Below, one piece after another: positions 46,796-56,051 of a stretch of 64,000 nt of DNA. Each line of letters starts with the position of its first letter. Position 1 is the first letter of the stretch. The DNA comes from an uncultured Nocardioides sp. (lineage in GTDB: Bacteria > Actinomycetota > Actinomycetes > Propionibacteriales > Nocardioidaceae): NCBI GenBank assembly GCA_964503015.1, contig CAZDAO010000002.1, positions 3,680 to 67,679 of the forward strand. The letters are read 5' to 3'. The notes under the pieces are model-generated. The model had not been told where the DNA came from, did not search any database, and worked only from the letters and a program-made list of their open reading frames with translations. The position numbers and the translations under genes were made by a program.

Positions 46796-47968
46796 ATGCT
46801 CGTGGCGCTGTGCGTGAGCGTGACCGTCAGCTACGGGGTGCTCTACTACGCCTTCACCGTGCTCGCACCCGCGATCTCCGCGGACACCGGCTGGTCGGCA
46901 ACCGCGGTGACGGCCGCCTTCTCCGCGGGCAGCTTGACCGGCGCCGTGGCCGGCATCGCGGCAGGACGGCTCCTGCAACGTCGCGGGCCCAAACTGGTGA
47001 TGACGGCCGCCAGCGCGCTCGGCGCCGGCGCCATCGCCGTGGTGGCGCTCGCCCCGAGCTACCCCGTGTTCGTCCTCGGGTGGCTCCTGGTCGGCCTGGC
47101 CAGTGCGGGCACCTTCTACCCACCCGCCTTCGCGGCCCTGACTCATTGGTACGGCGCCGGCCGGGTACGCGCCATCACCACGCTCACCCTGGTCGCGGGC
47201 TTCGCGTCCACGATTTTCGCGCCCCTCACCGCGGCGCTGGGCGAGTGGTTCGGCTGGCGCGCCACCTACCTGATCCTGGCGGCACTCCTGCTCGTCGTGA
47301 CGGTGCCTGCGCACGCCCTCACCCTCCGGCTGCCGTGGCACGATGACGCCGGCACGAGCCACGGACGAGCAGACCGGGACGTCCTGACCAGCCGGACGTT
47401 CCTGCTGATGGCGGTCTCGGGCACCCTCGCCTCGCTTGCGATGTATGCCTCGCTCGTCAACCTCGTCCCGCTGCTCCTCCACCACGGCGTGAGCCTGCAG
47501 CTGGCCGCGTGGGTCCTCGGGATCAGCGGCGCGGGACAGGTCGCCGGTCGCCTGGCCTATCCGGTGCTGGACCGGTGGCTCTCGCCCAACGCTCGCTCGG
47601 CCGGCGTCATGGCAGTCATGGGTGCCACACTCGCGGCCCTGGCCCTCGTGCCGGGCCCGGTTCTCGTGCTCGTCGTCGTGGCCGTGCTCGGTGGCGCGGC
47701 CCGAGGCCTGTTCACCCTCGTCGGCGCCACCCTGGTCAGCGACCACTGGGGCCCGCAGCGATACGCCGCGCTCAGCGGCGTCTACCACGCGCCCAAGGGA
47801 ATCGCCGCGGCGCTCGCACCCGCGTTCGGGGCCGGTGTCGCTGCGATCGTGGGCGGCTACCCGGCCATGTTTGGGGTGCTCGCCGCGCTCGCGCTCGTCG
47901 GTGCAGCACTGGCTGCTTTTGCCGGTGACCCCCCAGCCGAGCTGCGGGGCGCCGATGCTGCGAGCTAG
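46796..47968 (+). CDS. MFS transporter (ArsK-like)
   Basis: About 12 TMs; SYGVLYYAF, GRLLQRRGPK, TLVAGFASTIFAPL; start uncertain. Confidence 0.8.
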   Translation: MLVALCVSVTVSYGVLYYAFTVLAPAISADTGWSATAVTAAFSAGSLTGAVAGIAAGRLLQRRGPKLVMTAASALGAGAIAVVALAPSYPVFVLGWLLVGLASAGTFYPPAFAALTHWYGAGRVRAITTLTLVAGFASTIFAPLTAALGEWFGWRATYLILAALLLVVTVPAHALTLRLPWHDDAGTSHGRADRDVLTSRTFLLMAVSGTLASLAMYASLVNLVPLLLHHGVSLQLAAWVLGISGAGQVAGRLAYPVLDRWLSPNARSAGVMAVMGATLAALALVPGPVLVLVVVAVLGGAARGLFTLVGATLVSDHWGPQRYAALSGVYHAPKGIAAALAPAFGAGVAAIVGGYPAMFGVLAALALVGAALAAFAGDPPAELRGADAAS

Positions 47969-47977
47969 CCGGGCGGA

Positions 47978-48025
47978 CCCGCGGGTACTCGGTCGACGTC
48001 CAAGGCGTCGTCGAGCACCCGCGGG
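47978..48025. terminator. Long hairpin between convergent MFS and phoX genes
   Basis: CCCGCGGGTACTCG...CGAGCACCCGCGGG with inner CGACG/CGTCG. Confidence 0.65.
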
Positions 48026-48031
48026 ATGGGC

Positions 48032-49945
48032 TCAGGACCCGATGACCCCGCCGTCGTCCTTGGTAATGACCACGGTCGCCGAGCGCGGGGTGGTCAGTCC
48101 GTCGAGGTGCGGCCACTGGCTGGGGCTGCCGTCGCCGGGATGCTGGATGTTGACGAACATTGTGCGCTGATCGGGTGTGGTGACCACGCCGGTGACCTCG
48201 CAGCCGGGGACGCCGGTGAGGAACCGTCGCAGCTCCGGCACGCCCGCATCGTCGGTGCGGTACGGGTTGGCGGCCAGCATCTGGTCGTTGGCGCCGAGGG
48301 GCTGGGTGCCGTCGGTCTGGATCCAGACCCGGCCGTCGGGGTCGGACCAGATGCCGTCGGGTGAGCCGAAGGCGTCCTCGTCCGCGATCGTGGACCCGTC
48401 GCCGCTGCTGCGGCCCTGTCCGGCAAGGAGGAAAAGGTCCCACTCGAACGTCGTGGCCGTGTGGTCGCCGCGCTTCTCCTTCCAGCGGACGATGTGCCCC
48501 CATGGGTTGGGGGTGCGGGGGTTGGCGGCGCTCATCACCTTGGCCGAGCTGGTGTTGTTGGTCAGGGTCAGGTACACCATGTCGGTGTTCGGGTCGACCG
48601 AGACCCATTCGGGACGATCCATGCGGGTCGCGCCGACGGTGCTGGCGGCCAGCCGGGTCTTGACCATGACGTCGCCCTGGTCGGCGAACCCGTTCGCCTC
48701 GGTGAGGCCGCCCTGGCCGTGGACCAGTGGCAGCCAGTCACCGGTGCCGTCATCGTTGAACCTTGCGACGTACAAGGTGCCCTCGTCCAGGGGGCTGCGC
48801 CCGCGGGCCCTGGCCGACCTCCAGTTGTGACTGCTGACGAACTTGTAGACGTGCTCGTTGACCTGGTCGTCGCCGGTGTAGACCACGACGCGTCCGCCCT
48901 TGGCGACGTGCAGGTAGGCGCTCTCGTGCTTGACGCGACCCAGGGCGGTGCGCTTGACCGGTCGCGACAGCGGGTCGAAGGGATCGATCTCGACGACCCA
49001 GCCGAACCGGTTCGGCTCGTTCGGCTCCTCGGGTGTCACGACGAACCGAGCATCGTGCGTGGCCCAGTTGTTGCGGTCACCCCCCACGCCGTACCGGCTG
49101 GCGAGTGCCTGCTGCTCGGCGTCGTAGCTGCCGGGGTCGACACGGAAATAGCCGTTGAAGTTCTCCTCGCACGTCAGGTACGTGTCCCAGGGAGTCACGC
49201 CATGGGAGCAGTTGTTGAGCGTTCCCAAGATGGTGCGTGCCTCGGGGTCGGCGGAGGTCCGCAGCAGGCGGTGACCTGCGGCAGGGCCGGTGACCGACAT
49301 CGGGGTGTTCGCCGTGATGCGCCGGTTGCTGCTGGAGTTCACCACCGACCACTCTCCGGGGGCGTCCTGCCTGACCTCCACGACCGAGACGCCGTGCGCT
49401 GCTTGTGACTTGGCCACCATCTCCGGGGTCCAGGAGGACTTCGGCGGAGCGGTGCTGGTGCCGGTCTGCAGGTAGCTCTCGTCGGTGTACTCGTGATTGA
49501 CGACCAGCAAGCCGTGCGTGTTTCCGAACGGGCCGCGGCCGATCGGGTAGTAGTGCATGCCGTCGTGGTGCATGCCGATCTGCTGCTCTTGCTCGACCGC
49601 GGTGTTGCCGGCCGGGACGAAGTCCGGGTAGGTCCCGGTGATCGGGGTCCCCCAAGGGATGAAGGCGCGGGCGGTGTAGCCGGACGGCACCACCACCTCG
49701 TCCGCGTAGCCGAGCGGGACCGGGGTGAACCCGAGGAGCTTGGTCGCTCGGCCTCGCGACGGCGGCCCGGCCAGTGCCGCCGGGGGGCCGAGGAGGTCCG
49801 TGGTCAGGAAAGCCGCGGCGCCGGCCATGCCTCCGGCCAGCACGCTTCGGCGAGAGGCGCGGCGCTCCACCACTTGGTCGAAGCTCGGACCGTGCGTGGG
49901 GTTGGTGCTGCTGTCGTCGGGGTCGATGTCGACGTCCAGGGTCAT
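48032..49945 (-). CDS. phoX: PhoX-family alkaline phosphatase, Tat-exported
   Basis: SRRSVLAG; GMHHDGM, VNHEY, GTLNNC, YLTCEENF, LGRVKHE, MDRPEW, SPDG, CEVTG, VNIQHPG. Confidence 0.93.
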   Translation of the reverse strand: MTLDVDIDPDDSSTNPTHGPSFDQVVERRASRRSVLAGGMAGAAAFLTTDLLGPPAALAGPPSRGRATKLLGFTPVPLGYADEVVVPSGYTARAFIPWGTPITGTYPDFVPAGNTAVEQEQQIGMHHDGMHYYPIGRGPFGNTHGLLVVNHEYTDESYLQTGTSTAPPKSSWTPEMVAKSQAAHGVSVVEVRQDAPGEWSVVNSSSNRRITANTPMSVTGPAAGHRLLRTSADPEARTILGTLNNCSHGVTPWDTYLTCEENFNGYFRVDPGSYDAEQQALASRYGVGGDRNNWATHDARFVVTPEEPNEPNRFGWVVEIDPFDPLSRPVKRTALGRVKHESAYLHVAKGGRVVVYTGDDQVNEHVYKFVSSHNWRSARARGRSPLDEGTLYVARFNDDGTGDWLPLVHGQGGLTEANGFADQGDVMVKTRLAASTVGATRMDRPEWVSVDPNTDMVYLTLTNNTSSAKVMSAANPRTPNPWGHIVRWKEKRGDHTATTFEWDLFLLAGQGRSSGDGSTIADEDAFGSPDGIWSDPDGRVWIQTDGTQPLGANDQMLAANPYRTDDAGVPELRRFLTGVPGCEVTGVVTTPDQRTMFVNIQHPGDGSPSQWPHLDGLTTPRSATVVITKDDGGVIGS

Positions 49946-50047
49946 GTCGATTCCTTCACGTGGGATCGTGCTTGCCATATGGTCAAGGTGCTGCAAAGAT
50001 GATTGAGGCAACAGGCATTGAGCAAATGAAGGGCAGGTGAACGCACG

Positions 50048-50746
50048 ATGGACCTTGGGCGACGCGCACGGTTTCACGCGGCGCTCGGCGACCCCGGACG
50101 GCTGGCGATCGTCGATGCCCTGTCGGTGGACGACCTGTCGCCCGGGGACCTGGCTCGACAGCTCGAGTTCGGCTCCAACCTTCTGGCGCACCACCTGCGG
50201 GTGCTTGAGCAAGCTGAGATCATCCGGCGCCTGAAGAGCGAGGGCGACGGCCGTCGCAGCTACGTCCGCCTGCGTCCTGACAACCCCTTGCTCGCCGCGC
50301 TGGACCTGGTGCCGCAGCTCGGAGGCGATCTGCTGGGTCGGCGGCGGGTGGTGTTCGTGTGCACTCAGAACTCAGCGCGTTCACAGTTGGCCGCCGCCGC
50401 CTGGCAGCGCGTGAGTTTCATGCCCGCGACCTCTGCCGGCACCCATCCCGCCACCCGCGTCCACCCCGGCGCAGTTCGGACGGCCAAGCGCAACGGGGTG
50501 CCCCTTGATGACATCACGACGCGCCACGTCGACGACGTGCTTGCTCCCGACGACCTCGTCGTGGCTGTCTGCGACCAGGTCCACGAAGAACTTCCTGTCG
50601 GTCCCCGGCTGCACTGGTCGGTTCCCGACCCAACGCGGTCGGCCAAACCGGAGGACTTCGACGCCGCGTTCGACGACATCGTGCACCGCGTCGGACGGCT
50701 GGCATCCACCCTCGACCCCGAACCCCAACTGACCCAGGAGACATGA
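50048..50746 (+). CDS. ArsR-type HTH fused to LMW-PTP/ArsC domain
   Basis: HAALGDPGRLAIV...SNLLAHHLRVL; FVCTQNSARSQ, SAGTHP, HWSVPDP. Confidence 0.88.
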   Translation: MDLGRRARFHAALGDPGRLAIVDALSVDDLSPGDLARQLEFGSNLLAHHLRVLEQAEIIRRLKSEGDGRRSYVRLRPDNPLLAALDLVPQLGGDLLGRRRVVFVCTQNSARSQLAAAAWQRVSFMPATSAGTHPATRVHPGAVRTAKRNGVPLDDITTRHVDDVLAPDDLVVAVCDQVHEELPVGPRLHWSVPDPTRSAKPEDFDAAFDDIVHRVGRLASTLDPEPQLTQET

Positions 50747-51393
50747 TGGTTATCCCCGCGGCGCCCGTGGAGCACCACCCCGCCCTGCTGAGCGCTACCG
50801 AGCGACTGGCCCAGGAGTTCCGAGGCACCTACGGCACTGAGACCGTCGAGCGGTTCCTCCACACCTCCTACGACGAGTTCGTCAAGACCGCCAGCGTCAC
50901 CAACTTCCTGCCGCTGCTCGCGGAGCGGTTCGCTCGCCAGCGTCTCCAGGCCTTGGCCAAGGTCGAGGGACACAGCGCCGACGGCCGCCCCATCGTGCTT
51001 TTTCTGTGCGTGCACAACGCGGGCCGATCGCAGATGGCGCTCGGCTTCTTCCAGCACCTGGCCGGCGACGCGGCTGTCGGCTGGTCCGGAGGCTCCGAGC
51101 CCGGCGCGGGCATCAACCCGGTCGTCGTCCAGGCCATGAAGGAACGCGGCATCGACATCGCCGAGGAGTTCCCCAAGCCCTGGACCGACGAGACCGTACG
51201 AGCCGCGGACGTGGTCATCACGATGGGCTGCGGCGACGCCTGCCCCATCTTCCCCGGCAAGCGCTACGAGGAGTGGGAGCTCGCCGACCCCGCCTCGCAG
51301 GACCTCGAGGCCGTTCGAGTCATCCGTGACCAGGTCGAGGAACGGGTCCGGCACCTGCTCGCCCAGCTCGACGTCGCTGCCAGGGAAGTCTGA
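50743..51393 (+). CDS. arsC: Arsenate reductase, LMW-PTP type with N-terminal helical extension
   Basis: FLCVHNAGRSQMA, MGCGDACP, WELADP. Confidence 0.92.
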   Translation: MMVIPAAPVEHHPALLSATERLAQEFRGTYGTETVERFLHTSYDEFVKTASVTNFLPLLAERFARQRLQALAKVEGHSADGRPIVLFLCVHNAGRSQMALGFFQHLAGDAAVGWSGGSEPGAGINPVVVQAMKERGIDIAEEFPKPWTDETVRAADVVITMGCGDACPIFPGKRYEEWELADPASQDLEAVRVIRDQVEERVRHLLAQLDVAAREV

Positions 51394-51409
51394 ACGGCTG
51401 GGCGCGGAC

Positions 51410-52771
51410 GTGCACGTAGCCATCGTCGGAGGAAGTGACGCCGGGATCGAGGCCGCCCGCCGCTGTCTCGAGCTCGACCCACAGGTGCAGGTCAGCCTGC
51501 TCGTGGCGGACGCGTTCCCGAACTACAGCATCTGCGGCATCCCCTACCACGTCTCGGGCGAGGTCCCGGACTGGCGGAGTCTCGCCCACCGCAGGATTCA
51601 CGACCTGGAGAAGTTGGGCATCACGTTGAGGCTCGACCACCGCGTCACCCGCCTCGACGTCCCCGCGCGGAGCCTGTCGTTCACACACCACGATCGATCG
51701 GGCTCGCTGGCCTACGACCGGCTGATCCTCGCCACCGGGGCCCATCCCCGCCGCCCGCCGATCACCGGCCTCGACACGCTGGGGCCGCAGGACGGCGTCC
51801 ATGTGCTGCACACGATGCCGGAGACGTTCGCCGTGACCGACACCATCGACCAGGTCCCCACCGGATCGACCGCGGTCATCGTGGGCGCGGGGTACGTCGG
51901 GCTGGAGATGGCCGAAGCGCTGACCGCCCGCGGCCTGCGGGTCGTCGTCGTCGAGCAGCTCGCCCAGGTGCTCCCACGGACCCTGGACGCGGAGCTCGCC
52001 GGGGAGGTCGAGCGTCACCTCGACGAACACGGGGTGGAGGTGCGGTGCGGCTGCGCCGTCGAGGCGATCGAGCCGGCCGGTGACGCGCTCGAGGTCGTCC
52101 TCGACACGGGCCGGCTTCGAGCCGGGCTGGTCCTCGTCGCCACCGGAGTCGAGCCCGCCACCGAGCTCGCCGTCGACGCTGGCCTCGCGCTCGGGGCCGC
52201 CGGCGCGATCGCGGTCGACCGCCACATGCGCACCAGCGTCGACGGTGTGTGGGCGGCAGGTGACTGCGTGCACACGCACCACCGGCTCCTCGACGAGCCG
52301 GACTATGTGCCGCTCGGCACCACCGCCCACAAGCAGGGCAGGGTCGCCGGTGACACCATCATGGGCGGCACGCTGGAATACGCCGGCACTCTCGGCACCC
52401 AGGCGGTCAAGTTGTTCGACCGGGTCGCGGCCGCCACCGGCCTGCGGTCGACGCAAGCACGAGCCGCCGGCTTCGACCCGCTCACCGTCCAGATCGACGT
52501 CGACGACCACAAGGTCTACTACCCGGGCGCCACCATGCTGTCCGTGCGCCTCACCGGCGACCGGGGGACCGGCCGGTTGATCGGAGCACAGCTCCTCGGC
52601 TCGTACGGCGCGGAGGTGTCCAAGCGGATCGATGTCATGGCAACCGCCATCCACAACGGCAACACGGTCGCCGACATCGCCGACCTCGACCTCTCCTACA
52701 CCCCGCCCCTGGGCTCGCCCTGGGATGCCCTGCAGCAGGCCGCCCAGGCATGGCATGCCTGGTCACCGTGA
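51410..52771 (+). CDS. CoA-disulfide reductase/NADH oxidase-family flavoprotein
   Basis: IVGGSDAG, NYSICGIPY, LATGA, VGAGYVGLE, WAAGDC, DLSYTPP. Confidence 0.85.
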   Translation: MHVAIVGGSDAGIEAARRCLELDPQVQVSLLVADAFPNYSICGIPYHVSGEVPDWRSLAHRRIHDLEKLGITLRLDHRVTRLDVPARSLSFTHHDRSGSLAYDRLILATGAHPRRPPITGLDTLGPQDGVHVLHTMPETFAVTDTIDQVPTGSTAVIVGAGYVGLEMAEALTARGLRVVVVEQLAQVLPRTLDAELAGEVERHLDEHGVEVRCGCAVEAIEPAGDALEVVLDTGRLRAGLVLVATGVEPATELAVDAGLALGAAGAIAVDRHMRTSVDGVWAAGDCVHTHHRLLDEPDYVPLGTTAHKQGRVAGDTIMGGTLEYAGTLGTQAVKLFDRVAAATGLRSTQARAAGFDPLTVQIDVDDHKVYYPGATMLSVRLTGDRGTGRLIGAQLLGSYGAEVSKRIDVMATAIHNGNTVADIADLDLSYTPPLGSPWDALQQAAQAWHAWSP

Positions 52772-52781
52772 GGACGCCGAC

Positions 52782-53789
52782 ATGGACGCGGCGCTGCTGG
52801 CCCTGATCGCGGTCACGACGATCGCGCTGTTCTTCGGGTTCACCAACGGCTTTCACGACGCCGCGAACGCCATTGCGACCTCGATCGGCACCCACGCGCT
52901 GACTCCGCGCATCGCGCTGATCGTCGCCGCATCGATGAACCTGGTCGGCGCACTGATCGCGACCGGCGTCGCGGAGACCGTCGGCTCCGGAATCATCGTC
53001 ACACCTGAGGGCGACATCGGACTGGCGGTGGTGTTCGCCGCGGTCGCCGGTGCCATCGCCTGGAACCTGCTGACCTGGTGGTTCGGCCTCCCGTCATCGT
53101 CCTCCCACGCCCTCATCGGCGGCCTGGTCGGCGCTGCCCTGGCGGCCACGACGGGAGTGCAGTGGGGTGGTGTCGTCACGACGTTCCTGCTGCCGATGCT
53201 GCTGGTGCCATTGATCGGCTTCACCATCGCCGTCGCCCTCCAGATCTTCATCATGAGATCGTTCCGTCATACGCGCGACGTCGGCGCGGTCAACCGGGGC
53301 TTTCGTCTCGTGCAAACACTGTCGGCCGCCGCCGTGGCGCTGGGCCATGGTCTGCAGGATGCCCAGAAGACCATGGGGGTGATCGTGCTGGCCCTGGTCT
53401 CGATCGGATACCAGGACTCGTTCGACGTCCCAACCTGGGTCGTCCTTTCCGTGGCCCTCGCCATGGCGGCGGGCACCTACGCCGGCGGCTGGCGGATCAT
53501 CCGCACGCTCTCGCGTCGCGTGGTGCACCTCGATCCGCCTCGCGGATTCGCCGCCGAAACCACGGCCGCCTCCCTCCTGTACCTGACGGCAGCGGTCGAG
53601 GTGCCGGTCTCCACCACCCACACGATCACCTCCGCGATCGCCGGCGCCGGCGCTACCCGCCGCCTGTCCGCAGTTCGTTGGGGACTCGTCCGCACGATCT
53701 TCATGGCCTGGGTGCTCACCCTCCCCGGTGCCGCCGCCGCGGCAGCCCTGGTCTTCCTCCTCACCGACCTCGCCCTTCCGGGCATCTGA
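52782..53789 (+). CDS. PiT-family inorganic phosphate transporter
   Basis: NGFHDAANAIATS, GLPSSSSHALIGG, GHGLQDAQKTMG, PVSTTH. Confidence 0.92.
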   Translation: MDAALLALIAVTTIALFFGFTNGFHDAANAIATSIGTHALTPRIALIVAASMNLVGALIATGVAETVGSGIIVTPEGDIGLAVVFAAVAGAIAWNLLTWWFGLPSSSSHALIGGLVGAALAATTGVQWGGVVTTFLLPMLLVPLIGFTIAVALQIFIMRSFRHTRDVGAVNRGFRLVQTLSAAAVALGHGLQDAQKTMGVIVLALVSIGYQDSFDVPTWVVLSVALAMAAGTYAGGWRIIRTLSRRVVHLDPPRGFAAETTAASLLYLTAAVEVPVSTTHTITSAIAGAGATRRLSAVRWGLVRTIFMAWVLTLPGAAAAAALVFLLTDLALPGI

Positions 53790-53802
53790 CACGAGGTGCG
53801 TC

Positions 53803-54408
53803 ATGCCAATTTCTCCGAACCCTCCCCAACCGGCAACCGCGCTGACCGTTGGCACCCACCTGGCACCCGAAGACGGCGCCTGCCTCATGGAGTGGGTCTC
53901 CCAACTGGCCGGAGAACCGTGGACGGACCATCCCGCCACCACACACCGCCTGCTGTCGCACCTGGGCCGCCTGGTCAACGACGCCATGAGCGCCACCGGT
54001 CGTCAGGCGTTGATACCGCTCGGCCCTCGCCTGCAGGGCCTGGACAGCGACGATCCGCGGATCGCTGCTGACCTCGCCGGGCTGACCACCAGGTACGCGC
54101 TGTCGGTGCGGCCAGGTCTACGGCTGGCGTGGATGCACGACGCGGCGCGACGCCACGCCGCCACTGCGGCCGAGCGGTCCAGCGAGCCGCGGCCCGAGAG
54201 CCCGGTGCGGCGCCTTCGGCGGCGAATCTACGATCACGGCCCGGCCCACAGGGCCGTCGAGACGGCCGTGCTCGTGCTCGCTCGCGCGCCGGACTCCGAC
54301 CGTCACCTGCTCCGGCTCCTCGAAGAAGCGATCGCGCATCTCGAGGCCACACGCGGTGGCGGACACCAGACACGAGTGTCGCTCGGAGGCTCGGTTGATC
54401 AGCGCTGA
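53803..54408 (+). CDS. Conserved-looking hypothetical protein
   Basis: GTHLAPEDGACLMEWVSQLAGEPWTDHP...RLVND; GAGG RBS. Confidence 0.7.
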   Translation: MPISPNPPQPATALTVGTHLAPEDGACLMEWVSQLAGEPWTDHPATTHRLLSHLGRLVNDAMSATGRQALIPLGPRLQGLDSDDPRIAADLAGLTTRYALSVRPGLRLAWMHDAARRHAATAAERSSEPRPESPVRRLRRRIYDHGPAHRAVETAVLVLARAPDSDRHLLRLLEEAIAHLEATRGGGHQTRVSLGGSVDQR

Positions 54409-55481
54409 AGGCGCTCGACGATGTCAGACGCTGTGTCCCGGGCCGAGCGTCCCACGCCGAGCAGCGTCGCGGAGGCCGGGCCGGTCCAGTCGCCGTACCC
54501 CACTAGGTACAGCCGTGACTCCCCATCCGCACGCGTACCGCTGGAGCCGCCCACCGGGACCTGACCCTCGCGATCGCGCAGGCGAAGCTGTTGCAGGTGG
54601 CCGAGGGCAGGGCGAAATCCGGTGCACCAGATGATGGCGTCGGCACCGAGCTGGGTGCCGTCCGGCCAGATCACGCCCGTGGCGGTGAGGCGGGAGAACA
54701 TCGGCTGCGCCTTCAGATCACCGCGATCGCGTGCAGCGCGGACGGTCTCCACCATGACCACATCACCCAGTCCGCCGACTCCAGGGTGCTCGCGGCCCTG
54801 GCGTAGCGCCTCGATCCGAGCCGTTGCCGCAGCAAACAGTGCCCGGCCATCGACGTCGTCCGGCAGGAACCGCGGGGGCTTGGCGGTGACCCAGGTCGCG
54901 TCGGCCACCGTGGACACCTCGGCCAGGATCTGGGCGCCCGAGTTGCCTCCGCCGACCACCACCACCCGTTGACCGCCGAAGACACCCGCAGCGCGGTAGT
55001 CCGCGGCGTGGAGCTGTCGTCCCTCGAAGTCTCCCGACCCCGGATAGGCCGGCCAGAACGGCCGCGTCCAGGTGCCGGTCGCCGACACCACGAACCGCGC
55101 CGTGACCTCAAGGTCGTTGGCACGCACACCCAACCCGCCGCCGGAGGAGGCGGGGATGATGGCGCTGACCCGGTGCGGTCGCAGGACATCGAGTCCGTAG
55201 CGCTCCTCGTAGCGGGTCAGATACTCGATGACATGAGCGCGCGGCGGGAAACCCCGGACAGCGTCGTCCCACGGCGGCATCATCCATCCGGGAAGCGAGG
55301 AATAGGTCGAGGGGGAGAAAAGACGCAGCCCATCCCACATGTGTTGCCAGGCACCACCTGCGTAGTCCTCGGCATCGAGGACGATGAAGTCCCGCCCGGG
55401 CGCGAGACCTGCCCGACGAAGATGGAAAGCGGTCGCGAGCCCCGCCTGGCCACCCCCGACCACGACCACGTCATGGTCCAC
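54399..55481 (-). CDS. arsO: ArsO-family flavin-containing monooxygenase
   Basis: VVGGGQAGLA, WDGLRLFSP, SATGTW, VVGGGNSGAQI, FLPDDVDGR, GYGDWTGPASATL; start approximate. Confidence 0.85.
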   Translation of the reverse strand: MDHDVVVVGGGQAGLATAFHLRRAGLAPGRDFIVLDAEDYAGGAWQHMWDGLRLFSPSTYSSLPGWMMPPWDDAVRGFPPRAHVIEYLTRYEERYGLDVLRPHRVSAIIPASSGGGLGVRANDLEVTARFVVSATGTWTRPFWPAYPGSGDFEGRQLHAADYRAAGVFGGQRVVVVGGGNSGAQILAEVSTVADATWVTAKPPRFLPDDVDGRALFAAATARIEALRQGREHPGVGGLGDVVMVETVRAARDRGDLKAQPMFSRLTATGVIWPDGTQLGADAIIWCTGFRPALGHLQQLRLRDREGQVPVGGSSGTRADGESRLYLVGYGDWTGPASATLLGVGRSARDTASDIVERLQR

Positions 55482-55639
55482 GTAGACACCCACCAGGGCC
55501 GACAACCTCGACGACAACACGCCCGGCGCCCAGCACGCAGCAGAGATGCGGGACTCCCGGCCTGACGCGTTGCTCGACGGATACCATGCCGCGAGCCTAG
55601 TCCCGCCACGGCGAACATCCGCTCCGATTTGGCGCACTG

Positions 55640-55657
55640 CATAGATGACTGTCAACA
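55640..55657. promoter_or_regulatory. ArsR-operator-like site overlapping -10 of arsR
   Basis: CATAGA-TGACTG-TCAACA resembles the sites at 45346 and 45381. Confidence 0.55.
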
Positions 55658-55664
55658 TAGAGAC

Positions 55665-56051
55665 ATGTCGAACTCTGCCACTGCGACCCGCGTGCTTCCG
55701 GCCGCCGACGATCCGCTGGCGTGCTGCGTACCCCTGGCTCGTGAGCCGCTCAGCGCCGCGCAGGCGGCCGGCGTGGTCCTGATGCTCAAGGCGATCGCGG
55801 ACCCTGCCCGGCTGCGACTCCTCTCCTTGGTGCTCTCCCACGAGGGGGGCGAGGCGTGCGTGTGCGACCTCATGCCGTCCTTCGAGCTGTCTCAGCCCAC
55901 CATCAGCCACCACCTCAAGGTGCTGCACGAAAGTGGACTGCTGGACCGGGAGAAACGTGGCACCTGGGTGTTCTACAAGGCTCGACCCGAAGCGATGGCG
56001 GCCCTCGGCAGCCTCTTTACCACCAACCTGACCAACGAGGAGCAGGCATGA
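55665..56051 (+). CDS. arsR: ArsR/SmtB regulator
   Basis: ACCVPL, KAIADPARLRLL, ACVCD, LSQPTISHHLKVL, KRGTWVFY. Confidence 0.92.
   Translation: MSNSATATRVLPAADDPLACCVPLAREPLSAAQAAGVVLMLKAIADPARLRLLSLVLSHEGGEACVCDLMPSFELSQPTISHHLKVLHESGLLDREKRGTWVFYKARPEAMAALGSLFTTNLTNEEQA

Noticed and set aside
1397..55928. Maximal ORF-track starts (1397, 1873, 3726, 23361, 50212, 55928 and others)
   Set aside because: They overlap neighbouring genes; internal starts with stop/start coupling or an RBS fit better
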